In this document: positions 26,199-35,800 of the stretch, one piece after another
Layout of the letters: every line of letters begins with the position of its first letter
Position numbering within the stretch: the first letter of the stretch is position 1
Assembly: GCA_039584255.1 (NCBI GenBank)
Contig: JBDGYE010000001.1
Coordinates: 4,228-68,227, forward strand
Direction: 5' to 3'
DNA length: 64,000 nt
Source: Gemmatimonadota bacterium
GTDB lineage: Bacteria; Gemmatimonadota; Gemmatimonadetes; Palauibacterales; Palauibacteraceae
The notes under the pieces: model-generated
Databases searched by the model: none
What the model saw: the letters and a program-made list of their open reading frames with translations, nothing else
What the model was told of the DNA's origin: nothing
Made by a program: the position numbers and the translations under genes

Positions 26199-27431
26199 AT
26201 GACATTCAAGACCGGTGTGCTGGTGGGCGTGATAGCGACCCTCGTCGCGGGCGCCACCGTCGGCTTCGTGATGACGCAGGAACGTGATGCGCTGGTGAGT
26301 GCGACCGAGGCCCGCGGGCCCGCTGACGCCTACTACCCGAACTCCGAGACCCTGGCGCCCGACGAAATGCGGGTCATCTCGTGCGGCACGGGCATGCCGA
26401 CGGGACGCGAGTCCCAGGCCGCCGCCTGCTTCCTGGTGGAGCTCGGGAACGGCGACAAGTTCCTGTTCGACTCGGGCACGGGCTCGCACGTCCGCGTCGC
26501 CAGCCTGGAGATCCCGTACGACTTCCTGGACAAGATCTTCATCAGCCACCTGCACACGGACCACTTCGGCGACTTCGCGGCCTACTACATCGGCGGCTGG
26601 GTCGGCGGCCGCAGCGTGCCGCTCAACGTGTGGGGACCGAGCGGTCCGCGTGAGGACCTGGGGACCGACTACGCGCTCACGCACTGGAAGGAGGCGCTGG
26701 CCTGGGACCGCCAGAACCGGGTCGGCCGGCTGCCCGCCCCCGGCGGCGAGCTCGTGATCCACGAGTTCGACTACAAGGGTGAGAACCAGGTGGTGTACGA
26801 GGAGAACGGGGTGGTCATCCGGTCGTATCCGGCGATCCACGGCATCGACGGTTCGGTCAGCTACCGGCTCGACTGGAACGACCTGTGCTTCGTGTTCGGC
26901 GGCGACACGTATCCCAACCAGTGGTTCGTCGAATATTCGCAGGGCTGCGACCTCGTCGTGCACGAGGCGATGATGGCCGTCGAGGACTACATCGCTAAGT
27001 ACAAGTTCCCGCCCAGCCTGGCGCTCGAGATCGGCGTGGGGATCCACACGTCGCCGGAGTCGTTTGGCAAGGTGATGAGCCTGGTCCGGCCGCGGATGGC
27101 CGTGGCCTACCACTTTTTCAACGACTTCGACATCCAGGAGCGCGTGGGCCTCGGGATCCGCAGCACGTACGACGGGCCGATCACGCTGGCCACCGACTAC
27201 ATGGTGTGGAACGTGACCAAGGACGACATCAAGGCGCGCGAGGTGGTGTTCAACGAGAACGTGTGGCCGCCGCCCGCCGCGTATCCGAAGCCCGAGATGG
27301 ACACGTCAGGCATGATGTTCGTGTCCGAGGAGATCGGGGCCCGGAAGCTGGTCGAGGCCTTGGACGTGGACGAGACGATCTACGCGCGCATCAACGCGGC
27401 GTACGGGACGGACTACAAGCTGCGTCGCTGA
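26199..27431 (+). CDS. MBL-fold metallo-hydrolase (RNase Z/ElaC-like subgroup) with an N-terminal membrane anchor, paralog 2
   Basis: SHLHTDHFGD motif. Collinear with 22185..23507 along its whole length (YYP..E.L.PDEMRV..CGTGMP, VELGNGDKFLFD.GTGS, RPRMAV.YHFFNDFD). Confidence 0.85.
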   Translation: MTFKTGVLVGVIATLVAGATVGFVMTQERDALVSATEARGPADAYYPNSETLAPDEMRVISCGTGMPTGRESQAAACFLVELGNGDKFLFDSGTGSHVRVASLEIPYDFLDKIFISHLHTDHFGDFAAYYIGGWVGGRSVPLNVWGPSGPREDLGTDYALTHWKEALAWDRQNRVGRLPAPGGELVIHEFDYKGENQVVYEENGVVIRSYPAIHGIDGSVSYRLDWNDLCFVFGGDTYPNQWFVEYSQGCDLVVHEAMMAVEDYIAKYKFPPSLALEIGVGIHTSPESFGKVMSLVRPRMAVAYHFFNDFDIQERVGLGIRSTYDGPITLATDYMVWNVTKDDIKAREVVFNENVWPPPAAYPKPEMDTSGMMFVSEEIGARKLVEALDVDETIYARINAAYGTDYKLRR

Positions 27432-27451
27432 TCTCCAGCACTCCTTCCACC

Positions 27452-27483
27452 GAGGGCGGACGCCACCGAAGGCATCCGCCCTC
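27452..27483. terminator. GC-rich hairpin between convergent genes (copy A of the duplicated HAD terminator)
   Basis: gagggcggacgcc-accgaa-ggcatccgccctc forms a 13-bp stem. The single mismatch is C-A on the plus strand, which is G-U on the minus-strand transcript. No clear U-tract. Confidence 0.4.
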
Positions 27484-27528
27484 CATCACGACGCTTCCCT
27501 ACGGCAGGTCGGGCGACGGGAAGATCCT
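27456..27528. repeat. Direct repeat copy A (~73 bp), homologous to 28445..28517
   Basis: Aligned by eye as gcggacgccaccgaaggcatccgccctccatcacgacgcttccctacggcaggtcgggcgacgggaagatcct versus copy B, with roughly 10 mismatches. It contains a relic stop plus the codons ...FPSPDLP*. Confidence 0.75.
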
Positions 27529-27544
27529 GACGATCGGCGGGCAA

Positions 27545-27868
27545 TTACTTGGCCGCAGCCTTGCGAGCCTTCTTCTGGCGCGGCCGGACGACGTCGAGCA
27601 CGGCTTCCGGGTGGAAGGCTGCGACGCGAAGCAGAACCCTGGCGGGCCCGCGCGGAATGCGACGACCTTGCTCCCAGTTCTGGAGAGTCCGGACGCTGAT
27701 GCCCATGAGAGAGGCGAACTTGGCCTGCGACAGCCCGTACCGCTCGCGAATGGCCGCGACATCCGCTTCCGGGATCTCGAAGGTACGAGCGGCATGTGCA
27801 CGCTCTCGAAGGATGCTACTGCCCTGACGGACGCTCTCCTCGAGTTCCTGGAACAGTTCGTCCTTCAC
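27545..27868 (-). CDS. higA: HTH (XRE-type) antitoxin, HigA-2-like
   Basis: GLSQAKFASLMGISVRTLQNWEQGRRIPRGPARVLLRV is the typical HigA-2/COG2944 HTH segment. 4-nt overlap with the upstream toxin gene. The toxin-first gene order is typical of hig loci. Confidence 0.8.
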   Translation of the reverse strand: MKDELFQELEESVRQGSSILRERAHAARTFEIPEADVAAIRERYGLSQAKFASLMGISVRTLQNWEQGRRIPRGPARVLLRVAAFHPEAVLDVVRPRQKKARKAAAK

Positions 27869-28182
27869 TTGTACTCCTCCTCTACGATCCGGCGCAGGAT
27901 CTTCTTCTGATCACGGGTTAGATCGCTGCGCTCGCTCTTCGCGAACATCATGAGCAACAAGATCGTATCGTAAGCCCTGGCCCAATAGTAAATGACGCGA
28001 ACGCCGCCGCTCTTGCCGCGACCGGAGCCACGCCACCGTATCTTCCGCAGACCGCCGGTACCCGGAATGAGTGATCCCGCCTCAGGGTCCGCGGCGAGGC
28101 GCAGCTGCAGAAGACGATAGCTCTCCGCATCGAGCAGGCTCTGCGCCCGCTTGGAGAAGACCGTCGTCTCCTTGATCAGCAT
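27865..28182 (-). CDS. higB: RelE/ParE-superfamily toxin, HigB-2-like
   Basis: GGLRKIRWRGSGRGKSGGVRVIYYW is the conserved core of this toxin family. Start MLIKETTVF at 28182 (verified cat 28180..28182). GC is locally lower. Confidence 0.8.
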   Translation of the reverse strand: MLIKETTVFSKRAQSLLDAESYRLLQLRLAADPEAGSLIPGTGGLRKIRWRGSGRGKSGGVRVIYYWARAYDTILLLMMFAKSERSDLTRDQKKILRRIVEEEYK

Positions 28183-28444
28183 GATGAATATACGCCAATG
28201 ACGTACATAAAACAAGCCTGCGGTTTCGGTCCATGCGCCTGCCTGATTCTGCGGGAACGCAAGGATGGTGGACGCTACCGTACCTTCGTGACTCTAGGCG
28301 AGGAGATTCAAGAGAGGTTCAACCAGGCTGGTCGGCTCAGAGCCCGGGGGGACCGGATACGCCACGCAAGGGCGCGGAGGCACCGGAGGCTTCCCTAGCA
28401 GCCACCGCCGACCCACGAGCACCCGGTAGATGATGTAGCCGGCA

Positions 28445-28468
28445 GCGGACGCCACCGGAGGCGTCCGC
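28445..28468 (-). terminator. Putative terminator hairpin of the HAD hydrolase gene
   Basis: gcggacgcc-accgga-ggcgtccgc has a perfect 9-bp stem and 6-nt loop, 20 bp downstream of the stop at 28488. Confidence 0.45.
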
Positions 28469-28517
28469 CCTCCATCATGACGCTGCTCTACGGCAGTTCG
28501 GGCGAGGGAAAGACCTT
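28445..28517. repeat. Direct repeat copy B (~73 bp): terminator hairpin plus the last ~10 codons of the HAD hydrolase gene
   Basis: gcggacgccaccggaggcgtccgccctccatcatgacgctgctctacggcagttcgggcgagggaaagacctt matches 27456..27528. Confidence 0.75.
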
Positions 28518-29534
28518 CTTCCAGTCGTTCTTCATGCTGACCACCGTCCACCCGCGCTCCGGCGCTTCGGTAAGCGCCACGTCCAGTCTCCCCACATGCG
28601 AGTCGCGATCGTAGGCGGCTTCGCGCTCGTCATCGTCGTGGTGGACGATGAGGCCGAACGCCGTCCGTTCTCCAGGAGCCGCGTACTGCAGCATCTGGAG
28701 GTCTCCGTCCGAGTTCCCGGCGGCGAAGATGGGCCGACGGCCGATGTACCGGTAGATGCCGACCGGCTTGCCGGCCTTGTCGTCCACGAAGTTGATCTCG
28801 GGCAGCTTGTGCAGCGTCGGGAACCCGTCGTCCATGCTGAACTCGAGCGCCCCCGAACTGCCCACTACCTGCTCCGGTGGTATTCCGTACGCATCTTCGG
28901 CGAAACTGCGCATGAAGTCGATGCCGCCGCCGGACACGATGAACGTCTTGAACTCGTGCGCCCGCAGGTACACAAGCAGCTCCACCATCGGCTGGTAGAT
29001 GAGCTCGTCGAACGCGACCCCGTACCGTGGGTGACGCGCGGTGGCCAGCCAGTCCTTGAGGACGGCTTCGAACTCGTCCGTCGTGAGGCCAGAGTGAGCG
29101 GTCATCACGACCTTGAGTACATCCTGCAGCTCGAACGTCGCCAGGGCCTCCCGATCGTCCTCGAGTACGGCCCTGAACGCTTCCTCCTCGCGCCACTCGG
29201 GGTGCTCGTCCGCCAGCGCCTTCACCCGGTCGATGGCGAACTGGACTTGGAAATACATCGGCTGCTCGGACCACAGCGTCCCGTCGTTGTCGAACACGGC
29301 GATGCGTTCGGCAGGTGCCACGTAGTCGGACGAAGCCGGATCCGTGACGCGGGCCACGAAGTCGATGATCGCCTGCTTCGACGCGCCCTCGTTCCAGGAT
29401 CGAAGGGACGGCGCCGGCGCCGCCTCGGAGATCTGGCTCAACTCGGAGGAGGAGTCGGCGGGCCGCTCGGTGCAGGCGCTGAGACCTGCGAACGCAGCCA
29501 ACAGAACAAAAGCCGGAATTCGTTGAATTTGCAT
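28488..29534 (-). CDS. HAD-superfamily hydrolase (phosphatase-like), lipoprotein
   Basis: DxDxT motif in AVFDNDGTLWSE, later SGG and GNSDGDLQML (HAD motifs III/IV). Start MQIQRIPAFVLLAAFAGLSAC with a lipobox. The ATG at 29534 was verified. Confidence 0.8.
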   Translation of the reverse strand: MQIQRIPAFVLLAAFAGLSACTERPADSSSELSQISEAAPAPSLRSWNEGASKQAIIDFVARVTDPASSDYVAPAERIAVFDNDGTLWSEQPMYFQVQFAIDRVKALADEHPEWREEEAFRAVLEDDREALATFELQDVLKVVMTAHSGLTTDEFEAVLKDWLATARHPRYGVAFDELIYQPMVELLVYLRAHEFKTFIVSGGGIDFMRSFAEDAYGIPPEQVVGSSGALEFSMDDGFPTLHKLPEINFVDDKAGKPVGIYRYIGRRPIFAAGNSDGDLQMLQYAAPGERTAFGLIVHHDDDEREAAYDRDSHVGRLDVALTEAPERGWTVVSMKNDWKKVFPSPELP

Positions 29535-29650
29535 TGGTGCCTTTCTTCTCGAGCGCTGAGTCTGAAGCGCAATCCAGCGGAGTGGATGAATGCGAAGCGG
29601 GCGCCACTCCGGGCGCCCCCTATCGCTACCTGGCATTCAGCACGCCGTCC

Positions 29651-31210
29651 TCAATTCGTCGGCGGTGCCAGCTTCTCCATCACCTGCTGCAGGCTGAAGC
29701 TCGCCGCCTTCTGCCGCGGCGGATACTCCTGGAACGTGGCAAGGAACCGCGCAACGTAGGATTGCGCAGGGACCATGAAGAACACGTGGTCGAGGACCCA
29801 ATCGAAGTAGGTGTTCGAGGTAGTCTCGGCCCGCTCGTACGGATCGCGGCGCAGGTTGAACATCAGCGGAGCGCGGAGCGGAACGAACGGCTCCATCCAG
29901 ACACGGAAGGTGCCAGTGGCCTTCTGCTCCATGAAGATCAGCTTCCAGTCGTTCCAGCGCAGCGCCGTCAGATCTCCGTCATCCGAGAAATAGAAGATCT
30001 CTTCACGGGGGCTCTCGTCTGTCTGGCCCGTGAGGAGCGGCAGGATGTTGTAGCCGTCCAGGTGCACCTTATAAGACCGGCCGAGTGCAGACGACTGCCA
30101 GCCGTCCAGCAGGTCCTCCTTGACGTCCGACTTGCCGGCGGCCGCGGCGAACGTCGGCAGCCAGTCCATGTGGTGCACGATCTCGTTGGTCACCGACCCG
30201 GCCGGGATGTTGCCTGGCCAGCGGACCATGGCCGGCACGCGCCAGCCACCTTCCCAGTTCGTGTTCTTCTCGCCCCGGAACGGAGTGGACGCGGCATCCG
30301 GCCACGTGTTGTAGTGCGGGCCGTTGTCGGTCGAGTAGAACACGATCGTGTTGTCCGCGATGCCCAGCTCGTCGAGCAGGTCGAGGAACTTCCCGATGTG
30401 CATGTCGTGCTCGACCATTCCATCCGAGTACTCGTCCTGCCCCGAGATCCCTCTCAACTCTTCCTTCACGTGCGTCCGGAAGTGCATGCGCGTGCCGCTC
30501 CACCAGACGAAGAACGGCTGGCCGCGCTCGTGAGCGTCCCGGATGAAGCGGACGGCGGCCTCAGAGGTCTCGTCATCCACGGTCTCCATCCGCTTCTTCG
30601 TCAGCGGCCCCGTGTCCTCGACGCGCTGGGTGCCGTCCTCGTTGGCCCAACTGTGGATGACGCCCCGCGGCCCGAACCGCTCCCGGAAGGTCCGGCCATC
30701 AGACGTGATCAGATCGCCGGGATAGTCCTCGAGCTCGGGCTCCTCCTCGGCGTTCAGGTGGTACAGGTTGCCGAGGAATTCATCGAACCCGTGGTTCGTC
30801 GGCAGCATTTCGTCCTTGTCACCCAGGTGGTTCTTCCCGAACTGCCCGGTCGCGTATCCGAGCTCCTTCAGGACAACCGCGATCGTCGGATCCTCCACCT
30901 GCATGCCCAGATCGGCGCCCGGAAGTCCCACCTTCGAGAGGCCCGTCCGGAACACGCTCTGACCCATGATGAAGGACGAGCGACCGGCCGTGCAGCTCTG
31001 CTCGCCGTAGTAGTCCGTGAAGATCATGCCCTCGCCGGCGATGCGGTCGATGTTCGGGGTCCGGTAGCCCATCACGCCCATCGTGTAGGTACTGATGTTG
31101 GACTGACCGATGTCATCACCCCACACGACGAGGATGTTGGGCTTGTCCTGCGCGGCGGCCGGGGCGGCAAACAGCAATGCCGCGCAGCTGCCAAGGAACC
31201 ATCGTTTCAT
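29651..31210 (-). CDS. Arylsulfatase (formylglycine-dependent, Cys-type)
   Basis: NILVVWGDDIGQSN ... CTAGRSSFIMG (C-x-A-x-R signature). Signal peptide MKRWFLGSCAALLFAAPAAAQ. Confidence 0.9.
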   Translation of the reverse strand: MKRWFLGSCAALLFAAPAAAQDKPNILVVWGDDIGQSNISTYTMGVMGYRTPNIDRIAGEGMIFTDYYGEQSCTAGRSSFIMGQSVFRTGLSKVGLPGADLGMQVEDPTIAVVLKELGYATGQFGKNHLGDKDEMLPTNHGFDEFLGNLYHLNAEEEPELEDYPGDLITSDGRTFRERFGPRGVIHSWANEDGTQRVEDTGPLTKKRMETVDDETSEAAVRFIRDAHERGQPFFVWWSGTRMHFRTHVKEELRGISGQDEYSDGMVEHDMHIGKFLDLLDELGIADNTIVFYSTDNGPHYNTWPDAASTPFRGEKNTNWEGGWRVPAMVRWPGNIPAGSVTNEIVHHMDWLPTFAAAAGKSDVKEDLLDGWQSSALGRSYKVHLDGYNILPLLTGQTDESPREEIFYFSDDGDLTALRWNDWKLIFMEQKATGTFRVWMEPFVPLRAPLMFNLRRDPYERAETTSNTYFDWVLDHVFFMVPAQSYVARFLATFQEYPPRQKAASFSLQQVMEKLAPPTN

Positions 31211-31235
31211 TCTTAGACTCTCCGTCTGATGTGAC

Positions 31236-31259
31236 GGGGACCGCTGGATCGCGGTCCCC
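31236..31259 (-). terminator. Putative terminator hairpin downstream of the superoxide dismutase gene
   Basis: ggggaccgc-tggatc-gcggtcccc has a perfect 9-bp stem, 31 bp past the stop at 31290. No strong U-tract. Confidence 0.4.
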
Positions 31260-31289
31260 GAGGCGTGTAGCCAGGTCTGTGTTTGGGCG

Positions 31290-31988
31290 TCAGTCCGTGA
31301 TCTTCTTCAGCGCGTCCTTCAGGGAATCCCACTGTCCCTTGGCCCAGCCCTTCATCTCCTCGAACGTCTCATGCGCCCGCACCAGGGCCAGTCGCGCCGC
31401 GACTTCATCCCAGTCCACAACGTTCCAAAATGCCTCGATGTAGTCCGGGCGTCGGTTCTGGTAGTTGAGGTAGTAGGCGTGCTCCCACACATCGAGACCG
31501 AGGATGGGCACCGCGCCATCGGTGAAGATCGGGTTGTCCTGGTTGGCGGTCGAGGTCACGATGAGACCGTCCGAAGCCGCGCACAGCCAGGCCCATCCGC
31601 TCCCGAACCGGGTACCGGCCGAGGCGCTGAACTGCTTGTGGAACTCCACGAACGACCCGAAGGACTCGTCAATCGCCTCGCCCAGCAGTCCGCCGGGCGT
31701 TCCCCCGCCATTGGGACTCATGTTGGTCCAGAAGAGCGAATGATTTACATGTCCCCCGCAGTTGTTGCGGACCGCCGTGCGGATGCTGTCCGGGATCGGG
31801 TCGAGATTCAGCAGCAGCTCGAGCGCCGTCAGGTTCTGCAGATCCGGGTGACCCTCCAGGGCAGCGTTCAGCTTGTTTACGTAGCCCTGGTGATGCTTGG
31901 TGTGGTGGATCTCCATGGTGCGTGCATCAATGTGCGGCTCGAGGGCATTGTAGGCGTACGGCAGTTTGGGCAGAGTGTGGCTCATCAT
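31290..31988 (-). CDS. Fe/Mn-type superoxide dismutase with a ~30-aa C-terminal extension
   Basis: [37 protein letters not shown] and [10 protein letters not shown] are canonical Fe/Mn SOD motifs. An extra tail ...[29 protein letters not shown] follows. Confidence 0.95.
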   Translation of the reverse strand: MMSHTLPKLPYAYNALEPHIDARTMEIHHTKHHQGYVNKLNAALEGHPDLQNLTALELLLNLDPIPDSIRTAVRNNCGGHVNHSLFWTNMSPNGGGTPGGLLGEAIDESFGSFVEFHKQFSASAGTRFGSGWAWLCAASDGLIVTSTANQDNPIFTDGAVPILGLDVWEHAYYLNYQNRRPDYIEAFWNVVDWDEVAARLALVRAHETFEEMKGWAKGQWDSLKDALKKITD

Positions 31989-32029
31989 GCTTCCTTTCAG
32001 ATTGCGTCGCTCGAAGCGAAAGATCGATT

Positions 32030-32062
32030 GTCGGGCCGCCTAATCTGCACAGGCGGCCCGAC
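32030..32062 (-). terminator. Putative terminator hairpin downstream of the OMP gene at 32133..32795
   Basis: gtcgggccgcc-taatctgcaca-ggcggcccgac has a perfect 11-bp stem. On the minus strand it is followed by a moderately T-containing tract. Confidence 0.45.
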
Positions 32063-32132
32063 TGAATTCAAGTTCAAGTCCTACGGCACCTCAGGCGACG
32101 TGTACACCTCCCGTTCCGATCCTGCGAAATCT

Positions 32133-32795
32133 CTACCCGATCGGTACGCCGAACCCGAGCATGAACGACCACACGCGGCTCTTCACGCTGACCTCCGAGG
32201 CGTCAGACGAGTCGTTCAGGTTCGTGAGGCCCAGGTTATAGCGCACGTCGAGCTGGACCGTCAGTCGGCTGTACAGGAACTCGAAGCCGCCTCCGAACAC
32301 CAGGCCGTATTCCGTCTTCTTCGTTTCAAGCTCGCCGTCGAGCAGGGGATCGTCACAGTCCAGGCTCAGGCTCACGCCTTCATCCTCGCCGGTTGCCTGG
32401 CACCGCATCTCGAAGGCCACGGACGGCCCGGCGTACACCATGGGGTAGATCGGGCTCTCCCTCGAGCCGAGGCGGGCCATCAGGAGCATGGGGAGCTGGA
32501 TGTAGTTCAGGTTCAGCTTGATCGCCGGGTCGTCGTCGCGCGACTTCGCCCCACGCTGCGAGTACAGTACCTCGGGCTGGAAGGCGAACACGCTGCCGAT
32601 CCCGAACTGAGCGAAGATCCCGGCGAGGAAATCCGTCTGGCGGTCGAACCCGAAGTCGGGGTCGGCGGGATCGTCCACGCTCAGGTTGGCGACGTTGAGC
32701 CCGCCTTTCACGCCGAGTGTGGTTTGCGCACCCGCATCGGCGGGAGCCAGTGCGATCACCCAGGCGATCGTCAGCAGGGCCTTTGTATACCGCAT
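32133..32795 (-). CDS. Outer-membrane beta-barrel protein (porin-family / OMP_b-brl_2-like), paralog 3 of 3
   Basis: Signal MRYTKALLTIAWVIALAPADAGAQ, GGAGGGAG RBS. LNYIQLPML and the C-terminal WSFMLGFGVPIG match the other two paralogs. The start is 17 bp after the stop of the upstream 1027-aa gene. Confidence 0.8.
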   Translation of the reverse strand: MRYTKALLTIAWVIALAPADAGAQTTLGVKGGLNVANLSVDDPADPDFGFDRQTDFLAGIFAQFGIGSVFAFQPEVLYSQRGAKSRDDDPAIKLNLNYIQLPMLLMARLGSRESPIYPMVYAGPSVAFEMRCQATGEDEGVSLSLDCDDPLLDGELETKKTEYGLVFGGGFEFLYSRLTVQLDVRYNLGLTNLNDSSDASEVSVKSRVWSFMLGFGVPIG

Positions 32796-32812
32796 GCTGC
32801 GACTCCCTCCGG

Positions 32813-35800
32813 TTACAGGGCTACCTTGACCCAACGGGCCATCTTCCACGTAAACCCCGTGTAGTAGGGCAGGTACTCGTTCAGCTGCTCCACGGAATCG
32901 AGGTAGGTGGCGGCTCCCGCGATTCCTATCGAATCGAAGAATCCGTTCATCGTGGCCCGGCCCGACAGTGCTACCGCGACCTCACCGTCCATCATCATCG
33001 ACCGGTAGTCCTGGTTCGACGACCCGACGACGAAGTAGCCGGCGGACCGCGCCGCCAGCTCCGGTCCATACTCCTCATGCATGTCGCGGACCATCTCGAA
33101 GAACGGATCCGCCAGCGTGAGGTTCAGCTGGCGCACGTCGCGGTATTCCCGCCGGGTGACGTGGTCCAGCGAGCGCTGGATGATGAACTGGCGGGCGAAC
33201 TCCGCGAACGCGGGAGACTGGAGGACGATGTCGAGCACCTCGCCGGTCACGAAGAAGTTGGTCTTGAGATGCAGCTTGGGCCGGACGACGCCCCCGAGCT
33301 CGTCCGACAGGTACTCGACTTCCCGGCCTTCCACGGCCTCGGCGAAGATCTTGTCCGCGTTCTCCATCACCGACATGAGGTCCGGGCCGACGGGCAGGAC
33401 CTCCTGAAGCCAGGGATTCGATCGGAACCCTTCGGCGAAGGCCTGAATGCGCCCGGGCAGGTTGCCCACGTCTACATCGGTGTCGTACAACCCCGACTTC
33501 AGAAGCCCACCGACAGCCTCCAGCTCCGACCCGAGCTCGTGCTCGGCGATGATCAGCCGCTCGAACATCTCGTTGGCCCGCGACAGGGTCGCGAAGGCCT
33601 GCCCGGGCGCGTTCGCCTGCGAGGGGTGGATGATGAAGACGCGCACGCCGCGCAGGGCGCTGCCGGTCAGCATGGAGGCCCACAGCGGGCTGTGGAACAG
33701 CGAGTCTGGATCGATGATCACCGTGCCCGGCGGCATGAGCGTATACAGGACCGCCTTCATCACGTTGATCGGCTTCATCAAGTAGCCGGTACCGTTGTGC
33801 AGCTGGATCGCCCTGGGCCTCACGCCTCCTTCGACCTGCGCCGCGTACTCCTCGACCTTCTCCCAGTAGTCCTCGGCGAAAGGTTTCGCCCGGAACGGCT
33901 CGGGGACCTCGTCCTCATCGAACCCCTGGCTCTCGAGCAGGGCCCGGGCCTGGTGCTTCACCTCGAGGGCCGCCGGGCCGCTGAGCACCAGCGCCCGGTC
34001 CTCCCAGTTCGGACCGATGTAGTGCTCGCCGACGCCCATCCCGCTGAACGTGGCCGAACCCCGGTACGGATCCTCCTCCGTGATGTCGTAGAACGAGATC
34101 TTGCGGTGGTCCCGGATCGCGTTGTCCGGCCATCCCCGGAGCGGGAGATACGAGTTCGCCCAGTACGAGATGTCGGCCGGGTTCGTGACGCTAACCTGCA
34201 CCTTGATCCGGTTCTTGAGCCACTCCTCGCCGTACTGCCCCGCGCCCGCCTGAAGCCGCTCCGAGCTTGCCACGGCCTCACGCAAGTCCGCCTGGGCCAC
34301 CGTCAGCGAGTCCACCATCCACTCGAACCCGTCCGGCAGCTTGGGCAGGTGGTCCAGCGGCTTCTCGAGGACCGTCAGCCAGCGACGGGACTTCGCGATC
34401 TCGTAGTAATGTTGGTCGATGAAGATGAAGTAGGTCGGCATGTGGCCCACCTCATCGTACTCGCGCACCCGGTCCGCCAGGACCTTCAGGTAATTCAACG
34501 TCATATGGAACGAGACCAGGTCCGGCTCGCCCTGTGCGTTCTTGCCCTTGTAGTCGTGAATCCACAGGACGTGGTAGTCCTCTGCCCGCTGGATCCCCAT
34601 GTACAGCTCCCACTGGAACTGGAGCCCGAGAGCGTAGGACGCTCTGTTTCCTACCGAGAACTCCTCTCCGGTGGCCCGCTCGATGATCGCGTCGAGCTCG
34701 GCCTGCGTGTCGTGCTCCTCGGGCAGCAGGCCGTACTGGAGCGGGAGCCACACCAGCCGGTCGTCTCCCCACCATTCCTTCGACTGGGCCCGGGCCGCCT
34801 CGACCTCGTCGAGCACGGCCTGGAAGACGCGGCGCACGGCCTCGATCCGATCGGCCGGCACCGACGCGCTCGATTCTGCCCAGTCGGTGAATACCTGCAT
34901 GGCTGCAAACGCCAGGCCGTTCGTGGTGTCGTTCTTCTTGTGCACGCCCAGGAGTCGGTCGTACGGAAGCAGGACCTCCTCCAGCAGGATCGCCCGCGCC
35001 ATTTCGGCCGCCGCTTCGCCCGCCGGGGTAGCCCGGCCGAGCGAGACCGCCGCACCCGAGATCGCGATCGAGAAGGCCCGCGCGACCTCCGCATGGTACG
35101 CCCGGGTCTCTGCCTCAGCGCCGTGCGCACCTCCGAACAGGGGATCGGACGCAGCGAGCCGGGCCTGGATCTGCCTCGTGTCCTCGGTGAACGCGGCCAC
35201 GGCCTGATCCCTGCGGCGGGCCGCCTGATCGAAATAGGGGACCGTGAGGCGGTTCACCCAATAAGAGGTCTCCCGCACGTTGGCGAGGGCAGGCTCGAGC
35301 GCCGGGTCGGAGAACCCGACAGGAGCCAGGTCCGGACGATCGGGTGAGACGGGGTACGCCATGTGGTTGGGCCGGGTCTTGCCGGCCCACTTCTGCCCGA
35401 TCGGGAAGCTGAATCCGAAATTGAAGGAGTTGCCACGCGCGGGAAGCCAGTCGACGGTGACCAGGCCGCCGCGCGCGATGACTCCGCCGCGCCGGAAGGG
35501 AATCGACGCGCGCAGCAGGAACGGGAGGCTTCCGTCGCGGAAGTTCCAATCGACACCCCCCGAGAGCCAGATCGCCGGGATGCTGTAGAGGAATCTGGCT
35601 CCCCCATCGATCTCGCTGCCCCGCACGCCGCCGTACCCCTCCAGCAGCAGGGCCCCCAGCGCGACCACCGGGCTCAGGAGGTCCTTCCGGATCCCTGCGT
35701 TCAGGTAGGCCGTGAACTCCGACGCTTCGTCCTCGAAGTAGCCCCCGAGCGAAAGGCCCGCCTGGGGCTTGAGGGACAACGGCTGGCCCATCGAGACCGT

